From: an uncultured Chitinophagaceae bacterium
GTDB lineage: Bacteria; Bacteroidota; Bacteroidia; Chitinophagales; Chitinophagaceae
Reading direction: 5' to 3'
Assembly (NCBI GenBank): GCA_964505195.1
Contig: CAZDGV010000005.1
Location: forward strand, 17,749 to 81,748
DNA: 64,000 nucleotides
Part shown: positions 28,124 to 36,518 of the stretch, piece after piece
Position numbering within the stretch: position 1 is the stretch's first letter
Layout of the letters: every line of letters starts with the position of its first letter
Notes under the pieces: model-generated
The model's database searches: none
What the model saw: only the letters and a program-made list of their open reading frames with translations
What the model was told of the DNA's origin: nothing
Position numbers and translations under genes: made by a program

Positions 28124-28945
28124 ATGAATATCGATTTTGTGTTTGAAGAAATCACTCGTCGCCGCAAGCTGCTTCTGTCTACTATCATTGGCACTGCAAT
28201 TGCCACCTGTTTGCTGCTTTTATTGCAGCGCCCGGTGTATAAGAGTGAAGCGGTTTATACTGCAGCAAATCCCAATATGGGGGATCGCTCAAATATCTAC
28301 CGCAATCAGTTTTGGGAGCAATATTTTTATTACGGTTCAGAAATAGACAACGACCGGTTAATGGCTATTAGTCAGTCGGAAGAAATGCTGCGTTGGTTAG
28401 CCGATAGTTTTCAGCTTCGGACGCATTACCGCATTAGCGACACAGGCAGTGCGGGCGCTTATAAAACATTAATACGTTTGAAAGATAATCTTCGGTTTAG
28501 TAAAAATGAATTTGGCCATGTAAAAATCATGGTTTGGGATGAGGATAAATATCTAGCTGCTGCTATCGGCAATGCTATGATTGCACAAACGCATCTTCAT
28601 GCTGTTTCGTTTGCAAACAATATGAAGCAAGTGATTTTAACCAAGCTGAAAGCTGAATATCAGTCACAGCGTGATAGTTTGATGATGCTCACAGGTACAG
28701 ATGAATTAATGGCTGCACGTAAAAAGAGCCTAATAGATCAGCTGTTAGAAAAAGAAAAACTTATAGAACAGTTTACTACCAGCATAAATGATGTACCCTC
28801 GCTTTTTGTTATACAGTCTGCATTACCGGCCCTGAAAAAAGACAAACCCAACATCGTACAGGGAACTTTGATTGCAGCAGTTGCATCTTTTTTGTTTTCA
28901 GTGCTACTGTTTTTAATACCAGGTATAAGATCTCGTATTTCCTGA
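28124..28945 (+). CDS. Hypothetical bitopic protein with Wzz-like (chain-length determinant) topology
   Basis: 273 aa. One TM near the N-terminus (LLLSTIIGTAIATCLLLLL), one at the C-terminus (LIAAVASFLFSVLLFLIPG), and a charged helical middle. The function is inferred from topology and context only. Confidence 0.35.
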   Translation: MNIDFVFEEITRRRKLLLSTIIGTAIATCLLLLLQRPVYKSEAVYTAANPNMGDRSNIYRNQFWEQYFYYGSEIDNDRLMAISQSEEMLRWLADSFQLRTHYRISDTGSAGAYKTLIRLKDNLRFSKNEFGHVKIMVWDEDKYLAAAIGNAMIAQTHLHAVSFANNMKQVILTKLKAEYQSQRDSLMMLTGTDELMAARKKSLIDQLLEKEKLIEQFTTSINDVPSLFVIQSALPALKKDKPNIVQGTLIAAVASFLFSVLLFLIPGIRSRIS

Positions 28946-28948
28946 TTC

Positions 28949-30382
28949 ATGAACGGAGCTACGCTTAGTTTACAAAAACCGTCATTACTCCTGCCTTTGC
29001 TGGCAGGAATTACCGTTTTTGTTTTTGCTGCTGTTAAAGAACAATATCTCTTTATTCTCATTCCCTTTGCTGTTTTTATTGGATGGCTTTTGTTGCGCAA
29101 TATGCGCACCATGTATTTGCTGCTTTTATTTAGCATTCCCCTTTCCACTGAAATTGAATTCAACAATTTGCTGGCAACAGATTTACCCGATGAGTTGCTT
29201 ATGATTTTACTTACGGCAGCCCTCATTGCCGTTTTTATACATAGGCCATCTAGTTTTCCGATGGCTGCCCGTAAAAGCAATTTGTTTTCGTTGTTGCTTT
29301 TACAGTTCAGTTGGATTGCTGTCGCCGGCTTCTTTTCATACGAACCATTACTCAGCATCAAGCATCTGTTAGCAAAAACCTGGTACATCATCCCTTTTGT
29401 TCTGGGAACCTTGTTTTTATGTAATCGTCCCAGGTATTTTATACTCGCTGCAAAACTTATGTTATTCGGCATGCTTATTCCAATTGCATACAGCTGGTAT
29501 CATCATGCACAAAGCGGTTTTCGTTTTGAAACCATTAATCCAAGCTTAGGCCCTTTTTTCCGTAATCATGTAAATTATGCAGCACTGATTGTTTGCTTGA
29601 TCCCCATCGCAGTGGCTTTTTTCTTTAGTTCGAAAGGCAAATCAAAAAAATGGTGGGCGGTACTGGTAATAATATTTTTGATTGCACTCATTCTTGGTTA
29701 TTCGCGCGGTGCATGGATTTGTTTATTTACAGGCCTTATTACCGTGTGGGCGGTAAGAAAAAAGTATTTGCTTTCGTTATTTGCTGCAGGTATGTTTTTT
29801 GTTTTTGTTTCTATCGGGTGGCTTATTCACAATAATAATTATTTGCGCTTTGCTCCTGACTTCAATCGAACCATCTATCATTCTGAGTTTTCGGAACATA
29901 TGCAGGCAACCTATGCATTAAAGGATATATCTACAGTAGAAAGATTTTATCGTTGGATTGCAGGCGTGCGTATGGTGGCAGAAGAACCTATTACAGGATT
30001 TGGCCCAGCCAGCTTTTACAGTCATTATAGAGCGTATGCTATTCCCGTTTTTGAAACCTGGGTGAGCAATAATCCGGAGCGTTCTACGGCGCATAATTAT
30101 TTTTTATTACTCGCTATTGAACAGGGTATTCCCGGACTTATTTTCTTTTTACTTTTAATTGGTGCAATGTATGCAACAGCCATAAAAGTATATCATGCAT
30201 CACGACATCCATTTCATCGAGCGCTTGCCATGATTGCTGCAGTGATACTTTCAATGATCGTTACGCTTAATATGCTAAGCGATCTGATTGAGACAGATAA
30301 AATCGGAACTATCTTTTATCTGTTGCTGGGAGTGCTGATTTATCTCGATCATCAGCAAAAAAGATTACGCATCACCGAATAG
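28949..30382 (+). CDS. O-antigen ligase / Wzy-like polymerase family membrane protein
   Basis: 477 aa polytopic protein. The LGYSRGAW motif and a large loop followed by AHNYFLLLAIEQGIPG fit Wzy_C-type proteins. Confidence 0.7.
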   Translation: MNGATLSLQKPSLLLPLLAGITVFVFAAVKEQYLFILIPFAVFIGWLLLRNMRTMYLLLLFSIPLSTEIEFNNLLATDLPDELLMILLTAALIAVFIHRPSSFPMAARKSNLFSLLLLQFSWIAVAGFFSYEPLLSIKHLLAKTWYIIPFVLGTLFLCNRPRYFILAAKLMLFGMLIPIAYSWYHHAQSGFRFETINPSLGPFFRNHVNYAALIVCLIPIAVAFFFSSKGKSKKWWAVLVIIFLIALILGYSRGAWICLFTGLITVWAVRKKYLLSLFAAGMFFVFVSIGWLIHNNNYLRFAPDFNRTIYHSEFSEHMQATYALKDISTVERFYRWIAGVRMVAEEPITGFGPASFYSHYRAYAIPVFETWVSNNPERSTAHNYFLLLAIEQGIPGLIFFLLLIGAMYATAIKVYHASRHPFHRALAMIAAVILSMIVTLNMLSDLIETDKIGTIFYLLLGVLIYLDHQQKRLRITE

Positions 30383-30394
30383 AGAATGATACAA

Positions 30395-31471
30395 TTATTC
30401 ATTGCGCACATCTACAGCATCTCTCAATCCGTTCCCCAATAAGTTAAAAGCCAGTACCAGAAACATAATGGCAATTCCCGGCGCCAGTGCCAAGGCCGGA
30501 TTATTGGTAATGATGAAATTGTAGTTTTCTTTGATCATTAATCCCCAGCTTGGCTGTGGAGGCTGTACGCCGATGCCAAGAAAACTGAGCCCGGCTTCTA
30601 GTACAATAGCCGTAGCAAAATTGGAAGCAGCAATTACCAACATAGGTCCCATGATATTTGGAAGAATGTGTCGAAAGATAATACGCATATCAGAGAAGCC
30701 CATAGCTCTTGCTGCCTCAACATAATAGAGCGAGCGAATACCCATTACCTGCCCGCGTACCAGGCGTGCAACATTCACCCAGAGGGTAAGTCCTACTGCA
30801 ATAAACACTTGCCAAAACCCTTTGCCCATTGCCAGCGTGAAGGCGAATACCAGCAGTAATGTTGGAATACTCCATACTACATTAATGAGCCACATGATCA
30901 ACTCATCTGTTTTTCCACCGAAATAACCAGCAGCAGCTCCAAGTAACACGCCCAGCGTAAGGGAAATAAACACTGCAATTAAGCCTACGCTCAAACTTAC
31001 GCGGGTACCGATCATAAGTCGGCTGAGCATATCCCTTCCAAACTTATCTGTACCGAGCCAAAAAGTTTTTGTGCTGATAAAATGTTCTGCAGGTTCGCCG
31101 CTTAAGGAAATTGAAATGGTCTCTGTTACACCTTCATCCACCCATTTTTCAGCAATGATCCGATCGCCGGATTGTTTCCAGCTTTGAATCGGAATCCATT
31201 GCATGGGGTCGTTTTTCCCGAAGAAGAAACTGCTGATTCCACTTTGTTCTTGTAATAGGTTTTCCTTTGGAACAGCAAGAAACATTTGCTCATGCATGGG
31301 TTTTCGCGCTGCCATTTCAACAATGATTGTGTTGGCATTGCTACTGCGATCGGGGGCAATGATATAGGCGAAGATGGCAATGAGAAAAGCGAATGATATG
31401 ATTGCAATGCCGGCTACCGCACCTTTGTTTCGCAGTAATTTTTTTAGAACGGTTTCCCGGGAACTTGTCAT
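30395..31471 (-). CDS. ABC transporter permease (OppC/DppC-like, binding-protein-dependent type)
   Basis: 358 aa. EAA-type loop YVEAARAMGFSDMRIIFRHILPN and 6 TM helices. No partner ATPase, second permease or binding protein is adjacent. Confidence 0.8.
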   Translation of the reverse strand: MTSSRETVLKKLLRNKGAVAGIAIISFAFLIAIFAYIIAPDRSSNANTIIVEMAARKPMHEQMFLAVPKENLLQEQSGISSFFFGKNDPMQWIPIQSWKQSGDRIIAEKWVDEGVTETISISLSGEPAEHFISTKTFWLGTDKFGRDMLSRLMIGTRVSLSVGLIAVFISLTLGVLLGAAAGYFGGKTDELIMWLINVVWSIPTLLLVFAFTLAMGKGFWQVFIAVGLTLWVNVARLVRGQVMGIRSLYYVEAARAMGFSDMRIIFRHILPNIMGPMLVIAASNFATAIVLEAGLSFLGIGVQPPQPSWGLMIKENYNFIITNNPALALAPGIAIMFLVLAFNLLGNGLRDAVDVRNE

Positions 31472-31499
31472 ACACCCTGTAATTTAATCCATTTATCTT

Positions 31500-32621
31500 T
31501 TACTGTACTTTCCTTTGTTTCCATTCATATTTACCGATGCTTCCCAAAGCACCGGCTACAACGGTATATACTATGTGAAAAGGCTGAGCAAACGGAAACC
31601 AAAGCAGTAATGCAGTCATGCCAAAAAATTCAGCAACGGGTAATAGGAATATCAGTTCTCCGATACACTTCGTCAGAATACCTGCAATCAATACCGGCCA
31701 AAGTGATGCATTCAAAAATGCCATCAGAAAAACGAAAACCAAGAAGGCGTTGAGCAGATAAACCAGCAGCAGTACAGTAATTATACGCGCATCTTTGTAA
31801 CTGCGCGCTTTGCTAGCCCAGCGTATGCGTTGCATAAAAAATGCTTTTATGCCATTCACAGGAAGTGTTGTAACAATGGCTTCTTTGTTTTTGCAATAAG
31901 CAATGCTTTTGGGAAATTTTTGTGCTATTTTTTGCATCAGCAGCATATCATCTCCGCTGGCAATATGATCGATATTACGAAAACCCTCCACAGCCTCAAA
32001 AGCATATTTGCTGTAGCATAAATTCGCGCCATTGCACATATGATGAAAACCGGTTGATGCGGCAGCTCCCGTAATACCTTGTAAGCTCATAAAGTCGAGC
32101 GCTTGAAAAACATGTAAAAAAGATTTTCCATATTGTATTGCTACCGGTGCTGCAATAAATTGAATCTGTTCTTGCTGGAGAATTCTATTAAAATGCATCA
32201 ACCAGTTTTTAGGAACTGTGCAGTCAGCATCGGTTGTTACAATCCAGGGAAACTTTGCAGCAGCAACACCTGTTTCAATGGCTTTTTTCTTGTAGGAGTT
32301 GATGGGTGATGAAACGCTTTCACTGAGCCGAATGAGGCGTACACCCGATAGATTACTTACAATTTCCGCGGTAGCATCGGTTGAAAAATCATCTATCACA
32401 ATTATTTCAAAGTATGCGCTAGGGTAATCAATTGCTGCAATACTTTGTAGGCATTTTTCGATATTTTCTGCTTCATTGCGTGCAGGAATCAGAATGCTAA
32501 AACGATGGTATTGCTTTTCCCTGTTTTCGGTTTGTTTTTTTTCGTTCCGCTGCCACCAGATGCGATAGATGGCTAGTAGCAACAAATAGGGAACCAATAA
32601 TATGAGCAATATAATCCACAT
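31500..32621 (-). CDS. Processive family 2 glycosyltransferase (membrane-integrated synthase type)
   Basis: Carries IVIDDFSTDAT, TTDADC (DxD), SGDDML and the QRIRW (QxxRW) motif, with N- and C-terminal TM helices. I prefer ATG 32621 over the track TTG at 32630. Confidence 0.8.
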   Translation of the reverse strand: MWIILLILLVPYLLLLAIYRIWWQRNEKKQTENREKQYHRFSILIPARNEAENIEKCLQSIAAIDYPSAYFEIIVIDDFSTDATAEIVSNLSGVRLIRLSESVSSPINSYKKKAIETGVAAAKFPWIVTTDADCTVPKNWLMHFNRILQQEQIQFIAAPVAIQYGKSFLHVFQALDFMSLQGITGAAASTGFHHMCNGANLCYSKYAFEAVEGFRNIDHIASGDDMLLMQKIAQKFPKSIAYCKNKEAIVTTLPVNGIKAFFMQRIRWASKARSYKDARIITVLLLVYLLNAFLVFVFLMAFLNASLWPVLIAGILTKCIGELIFLLPVAEFFGMTALLLWFPFAQPFHIVYTVVAGALGSIGKYEWKQRKVQ

Positions 32622-32758
32622 ATTGAACAAAGAAACTGTTTGCTGTTTATAAATCTTTCAATTTCTTCAACTAAGATACTTTTTCGCTGGCTTATCCGTT
32701 TCTTTTCCCAATATTTGATTATTCAAGGAATCTTATTCGCATTAGCTTTATAGGTACA

Positions 32759-33553
32759 ATGGCGCGCAAAAAAAGACAAAAAAATCTGGTTCTTCTGTTC
32801 TTATTTGTTTTTTTCATAGGAGCTGCTACCTTATTTGCTTTGCTTTGGTGGAAAAACCGCACGGCGGAATTGCATCGTTTTACTGCATTTGGTATTCCAA
32901 TGCCTTCTGGTTTTACCATTCATGGTATTGATGTAAGTCATTACCAGCAGCAGATCGACTGGCAGGAGGTGCGTGCGATGAAGCCCGGAGGCATACAGCT
33001 CCACTTTGCATTTATGAAAGCGACCGAAGGTGTTCAGCTGAAAGACAAAACCTTTCGCCGTAATTGGGAAAAAACCAGAGAAGTAGGAATCGTACGCGGG
33101 GCCTATCATTTTTTCATTGCTTCTGAAAGCGGTAAGGTTCAGGCAAATCATTTTATTGCACAGGTTCAGTTAAAGCCGGGCGATCTTCCTCCTGTTTTGG
33201 ATGTAGAAAAAAGTTTTCGCGTACCCAAAGCAAAGTTGATAAAAGGCGTAAAAGAATGGCTGCAAAAGGTGGAAGCACATTACGGTGTTCGTCCGCTCAT
33301 TTATACCAATGTGCGCTTTTATGAGCGGTATTTACGCGGGCATTTTGATGACTACCCACTTTGGGTAGCGCATTACTTGCAGCCGCAAGCACCCCGTATC
33401 AGTCGGTCATGGCATTTTTGGCAACACAGTGAAAGCGGAAGGGTAAATGGCATTCCATCGCAGGTTGATTTTAATGTATTTCAAGGTGATACACTTGCTT
33501 TCAAAAGCATTTTGATAACAAACGGCTCATCATCATCCACCGCTAGTCGTTAA
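32759..33553 (+). CDS. Glycoside hydrolase family 25 muramidase with an N-terminal membrane anchor
   Basis: 264 aa. Anchor LVLLFLFVFFIGAATLFALLWW. GH25 motifs HGIDVSHYQQQIDW, FMKATEG, GAYHFF and DVE. Confidence 0.85.
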   Translation: MARKKRQKNLVLLFLFVFFIGAATLFALLWWKNRTAELHRFTAFGIPMPSGFTIHGIDVSHYQQQIDWQEVRAMKPGGIQLHFAFMKATEGVQLKDKTFRRNWEKTREVGIVRGAYHFFIASESGKVQANHFIAQVQLKPGDLPPVLDVEKSFRVPKAKLIKGVKEWLQKVEAHYGVRPLIYTNVRFYERYLRGHFDDYPLWVAHYLQPQAPRISRSWHFWQHSESGRVNGIPSQVDFNVFQGDTLAFKSILITNGSSSSTASR

Positions 33554-33580
33554 TACGTATCTTTCCTGTGTTTACAAAGC

Positions 33581-33814
33581 ATGCACAACGGCACTGAACC
33601 ACAAATGAGGCGTTATTTGATGAAAGTGATGAAAACACTTTCAGCGGGCATGATTTTTTTACTCATGCACATGACTTTCGGAATTTTTTTGGGATGGGGA
33701 TTTTTTGAGGAAGGACCTACCGCAGGCAACTGGATTTATTATATCATTCTCTTACTCAGCACTGGCGCTTTTGTTTATTATCTTCTTCGCCTATGGCGCA
33801 GTGATTTTCGATGA
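33581..33814 (+). CDS. Hypothetical small two-TM membrane protein
   Basis: 77 aa with two clear hydrophobic helices. No family was recognised. Its 3' end overlaps the convergent gene by 24 nt. Confidence 0.4.
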   Translation: MHNGTEPQMRRYLMKVMKTLSAGMIFLLMHMTFGIFLGWGFFEEGPTAGNWIYYIILLLSTGAFVYYLLRLWRSDFR

Positions 33815-34228
33815 TTTTTTGTTTCGCTTTATTTCTATCTGAGGATTTTTTGCAAGCATTGTATCAATAAAATCATTTTTATGCTTTGGAGAAATAAGTA
33901 CGAATTTTCTTTTTCCGTATTTAATTTCCAATCGATCCATTGAAAGTGCCGGCGAACTCAATGGATTCGAGGTTTCTTTTATGTGATGGATATCTTTTAT
34001 GGGAATACGCAGTTTTGAAAAAATACCACAGGTGATGATGAGCGTTTCTGCTTCAATAGTGTAATAGGTGTTCAGCAACATATGTACAAACCATATTAAT
34101 ATGGGTGTATTGATGACAAACCCTATCCAGGTACCTTCTTTCAGCGTGAGTAAGGAAGTGCCTCCTAGCACAATGATTACAAAACCTGCAAGCCACCAGC
34201 TAATACCCGAGCGGAATTTATTTTGCAT
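33791..34228 (-). CDS. Membrane-anchored bacterial PH-domain protein (DUF1200/bPH-like)
   Basis: 145 aa. Two N-terminal TM helices, then ...IPIKDIHHIKETSNPLSSPALSMDRLEIKYGKRKFVLISP, a pattern I recognise from bacterial PH (bPH) domains. Confidence 0.6.
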   Translation of the reverse strand: MQNKFRSGISWWLAGFVIIVLGGTSLLTLKEGTWIGFVINTPILIWFVHMLLNTYYTIEAETLIITCGIFSKLRIPIKDIHHIKETSNPLSSPALSMDRLEIKYGKRKFVLISPKHKNDFIDTMLAKNPQIEIKRNKKSSKITAP

Positions 34229-34248
34229 TACTTGATACTAAATCGTTA

Positions 34249-34674
34249 CTAGCTGCTATGATCTGCCACAATCAACCACTCGCCATTTATTTTTCTTAAA
34301 AGCAAAGTAAAATGCCCTTGCAAATCACCCTTTGCCTCTCGTTTTAGATGCCATTTGCCTATCACGAAGTAGGCGTCGGCAGAAATAGGCTGCATTTTTT
34401 TAATATCGAATTCCAAAGTTCCCATATCATCCATATCGGGATAATTTTTCCGGTAGTTGGCAAGCGTTTGGTTAAACCCATAGGTGATGCCGTTTTTCCC
34501 GATAAACATTAGTGAGTCTGTTTCCCAATACCCTTTCATAAATCCCCGCAAATCGCCGCAGTTCCAGGATCTAGTTTGGTTTTCAAGCAGCTGTAAAATT
34601 GCTTTTTCATCCGTTGTTTGCGCTTGCGTTTTAATGGAAATAAAAAATAGCAGCAGGATAAATATTTTTTTCAT
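34249..34674 (-). CDS. Secreted SnoaL/NTF2-like (DUF4440-type) protein
   Basis: 141 aa. Signal peptide ending KTQAQ. Size and W/F pattern (...FMKGYWETDSLMFIG...WLIVADHSS) are typical of DUF4440/NTF2-like folds. Confidence 0.55.
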   Translation of the reverse strand: MKKIFILLLFFISIKTQAQTTDEKAILQLLENQTRSWNCGDLRGFMKGYWETDSLMFIGKNGITYGFNQTLANYRKNYPDMDDMGTLEFDIKKMQPISADAYFVIGKWHLKREAKGDLQGHFTLLLRKINGEWLIVADHSS

Positions 34675-34719
34675 TGTTATGTATTGAAGGGATGATGGTG
34701 TTGTATTTATGTTATTTGG

Positions 34720-36282
34720 TTATGCTTCCGGAAGTTTCAGTTTTGAGAATAATGTTTTTTCAATATAGTATTCAAAGTTCCGTTTGTCAAATTCCGATCT
34801 TCTTCTTTGTATCAGTAAATTGTCTTCTCTCGAATGTTGCTTCCACTTTTCATTGATCCGATTGATTTTTTCGCTGCGGTTCTTTTTTTGTACGGCTTCG
34901 TTTTTATCTGCCAGTCCAAGTATTCTGTTCAATTCAGGAACAGTTGTAGGTAAGTTTGCTTTGGATTTTTCCAAAATGAAGCGGATCAGTTCTGTTTCAA
35001 ATTCATCGAAAAGCGGGACATTCTTTTGCAGCTCTGAAATAGTATTGATAGCATTGGATGCATCTTCTTGTTTGTTTTGCTTTTTCGGTTGGATACGGTT
35101 TCGCCAAAATGCAAGTGCGATAAACAGTATAAATCCACCTGCTATTCCTGCAATTAAAAAACCGGTATCTCTGCTTTGTATTTGCATTGAAAAAATTCCG
35201 GAACTGATGGGAGAATAAACGTTTTTCCCCGTAGCGATGAAATCTTTTTTCCTAAAGGGAATGCTGTCCATTGCGTTAATTTCCGGATTGCCATAGAACA
35301 TGGTGCTGTCATCGAAGTACAGAATGTTCCAGCGAAACTTGTAGAATTTTGAAAACTTCAGGTAAAATTGTTTGGTGGGCTCCAGTCGTTGATTCTGAAT
35401 AAAATCATCGATATGATGCTTACCCAAGATGGTCATAAAATAACCCCCGTTAAAATCGCAGGCAGGTCGAACACCATCTGGATTCATTTCTTCCAGATTA
35501 ATTTTATCGGCTGGCATGTCATAGATGGTTCTCATCTCCCCCAGATCCTTCCAGGTGCCAGTTTGAATATTGAGCACATACAAACGCTTGACACCGGCAA
35601 TTGCATCTTTCGTAACTGGTTCATTAAGTCCCTGGTCTATTACATAAGATCCAAAGCAATAAAGCTGATTCGTTTTAGCATCAATCCATGCCAGAGGATG
35701 ATAAAAATGTATGTCTTGGTTGAGTTTTATGAGCGACCACTGTTTTGAGTCGGTATTGAAATACCGGAGCTGACCATTACTTTTCCAAAAACCGTATCCA
35801 CCCAACGCATAAATTGTATCATTCAGTGTAAAGCGCAGCGCTCCGAAATTGTTGCCATGATGCTCGCTTTGATCAATGCGGGTTACTTTCAGCCGACCGG
35901 AACTGTCGCGTAGTTCATAAAGCAATCCCGATCCATCCACACCGGCAAAAAGCTGTTTTTTGGTTTTAATTAGATATTGTTCTTCCCTTTTTAAATGCGA
36001 TGGTATCAATTCATCGGGTATCACCCCTTTCAGCTTTTGCGTATAGATATAGGGGATGGCTTTCGGATGATGAATAAGACGAAGCAAGACCGATGCCATT
36101 GAATCTGCATCTGCATTGGGAGCGTTTACCTGTCCCTTAGTCTTTTCCGCCAAAAGCATTGCACCAGTTAATATAAACAGGAGCAGGAACCTTTTCAGGG
36201 AGGCAGCCGAATATAGGTTACGAGGTTTGATAAAAGGACGTAACCTATTTATGTATTTGAAAATCAATGTATTAATAAACAA
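34720..36282 (-). CDS. Hypothetical single-pass membrane protein: Kelch-like beta-propeller ectodomain, TM helix, cytoplasmic HTH-like tail
   Basis: 520 aa. Signal-like LLLFILTGAMLLA. Kelch-like repeats (IYALGGYGFWKSNGQLRYFNTDSKQWSLI; LYCFGSY...LYVLNIQTGTWKDLGE). TM helix GFLIAGIAGGFILFIALAFW. The tail carries TTVPELNRILGL...KKNRSEKINRINEKW...RRRSEFDKRNFEY. The start is a TTG at 36282 and is uncertain. Confidence 0.55.
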   Translation of the reverse strand: MFINTLIFKYINRLRPFIKPRNLYSAASLKRFLLLFILTGAMLLAEKTKGQVNAPNADADSMASVLLRLIHHPKAIPYIYTQKLKGVIPDELIPSHLKREEQYLIKTKKQLFAGVDGSGLLYELRDSSGRLKVTRIDQSEHHGNNFGALRFTLNDTIYALGGYGFWKSNGQLRYFNTDSKQWSLIKLNQDIHFYHPLAWIDAKTNQLYCFGSYVIDQGLNEPVTKDAIAGVKRLYVLNIQTGTWKDLGEMRTIYDMPADKINLEEMNPDGVRPACDFNGGYFMTILGKHHIDDFIQNQRLEPTKQFYLKFSKFYKFRWNILYFDDSTMFYGNPEINAMDSIPFRKKDFIATGKNVYSPISSGIFSMQIQSRDTGFLIAGIAGGFILFIALAFWRNRIQPKKQNKQEDASNAINTISELQKNVPLFDEFETELIRFILEKSKANLPTTVPELNRILGLADKNEAVQKKNRSEKINRINEKWKQHSREDNLLIQRRRSEFDKRNFEYYIEKTLFSKLKLPEA

Positions 36283-36518
36283 ATTATAAAAAATTATGTT
36301 TAAATAAAAGGTTACGAAAATTAGGACTTATTTCTTAAATCAACCAAAAAAATGAGTGAATTTCACCATGCCGTTGCTAACTCACCTTATTTTTCGGTCG
36401 GTTTCACGCTACATGAAACCCTGTAATTCTCTTTTCCCCTCCCGTTGATAATCTTGTTTTTCCGATCAGCTGCGCTCGTTCCAATCTGCTCGTATATTGC
36501 AGTATAAAACCATACCAT

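Noticed and set aside
28738-29472. 244-aa minus-strand ORF spanning the junction of the Wzz-like and O-antigen-ligase-like genes
   Set aside because: It is antisense to two co-oriented membrane-protein genes. Its composition is low-complexity (K/S/N-rich) and it has no motifs, so it is most likely a shadow ORF in AT-rich DNA.
36352-36426. 24-codon ORF (MSEFHHAVANSPYFSVGFTLHETL) and a GGTTTCA-N7-TGAAACC hairpin (about 36397-36417) in the intergenic region upstream of the repeat-protein gene
   Set aside because: The ORF is too short to support without conservation or expression data. The hairpin has no T run and no recognisable riboswitch or leader features. It is recorded only as something to check if transcript data exist.
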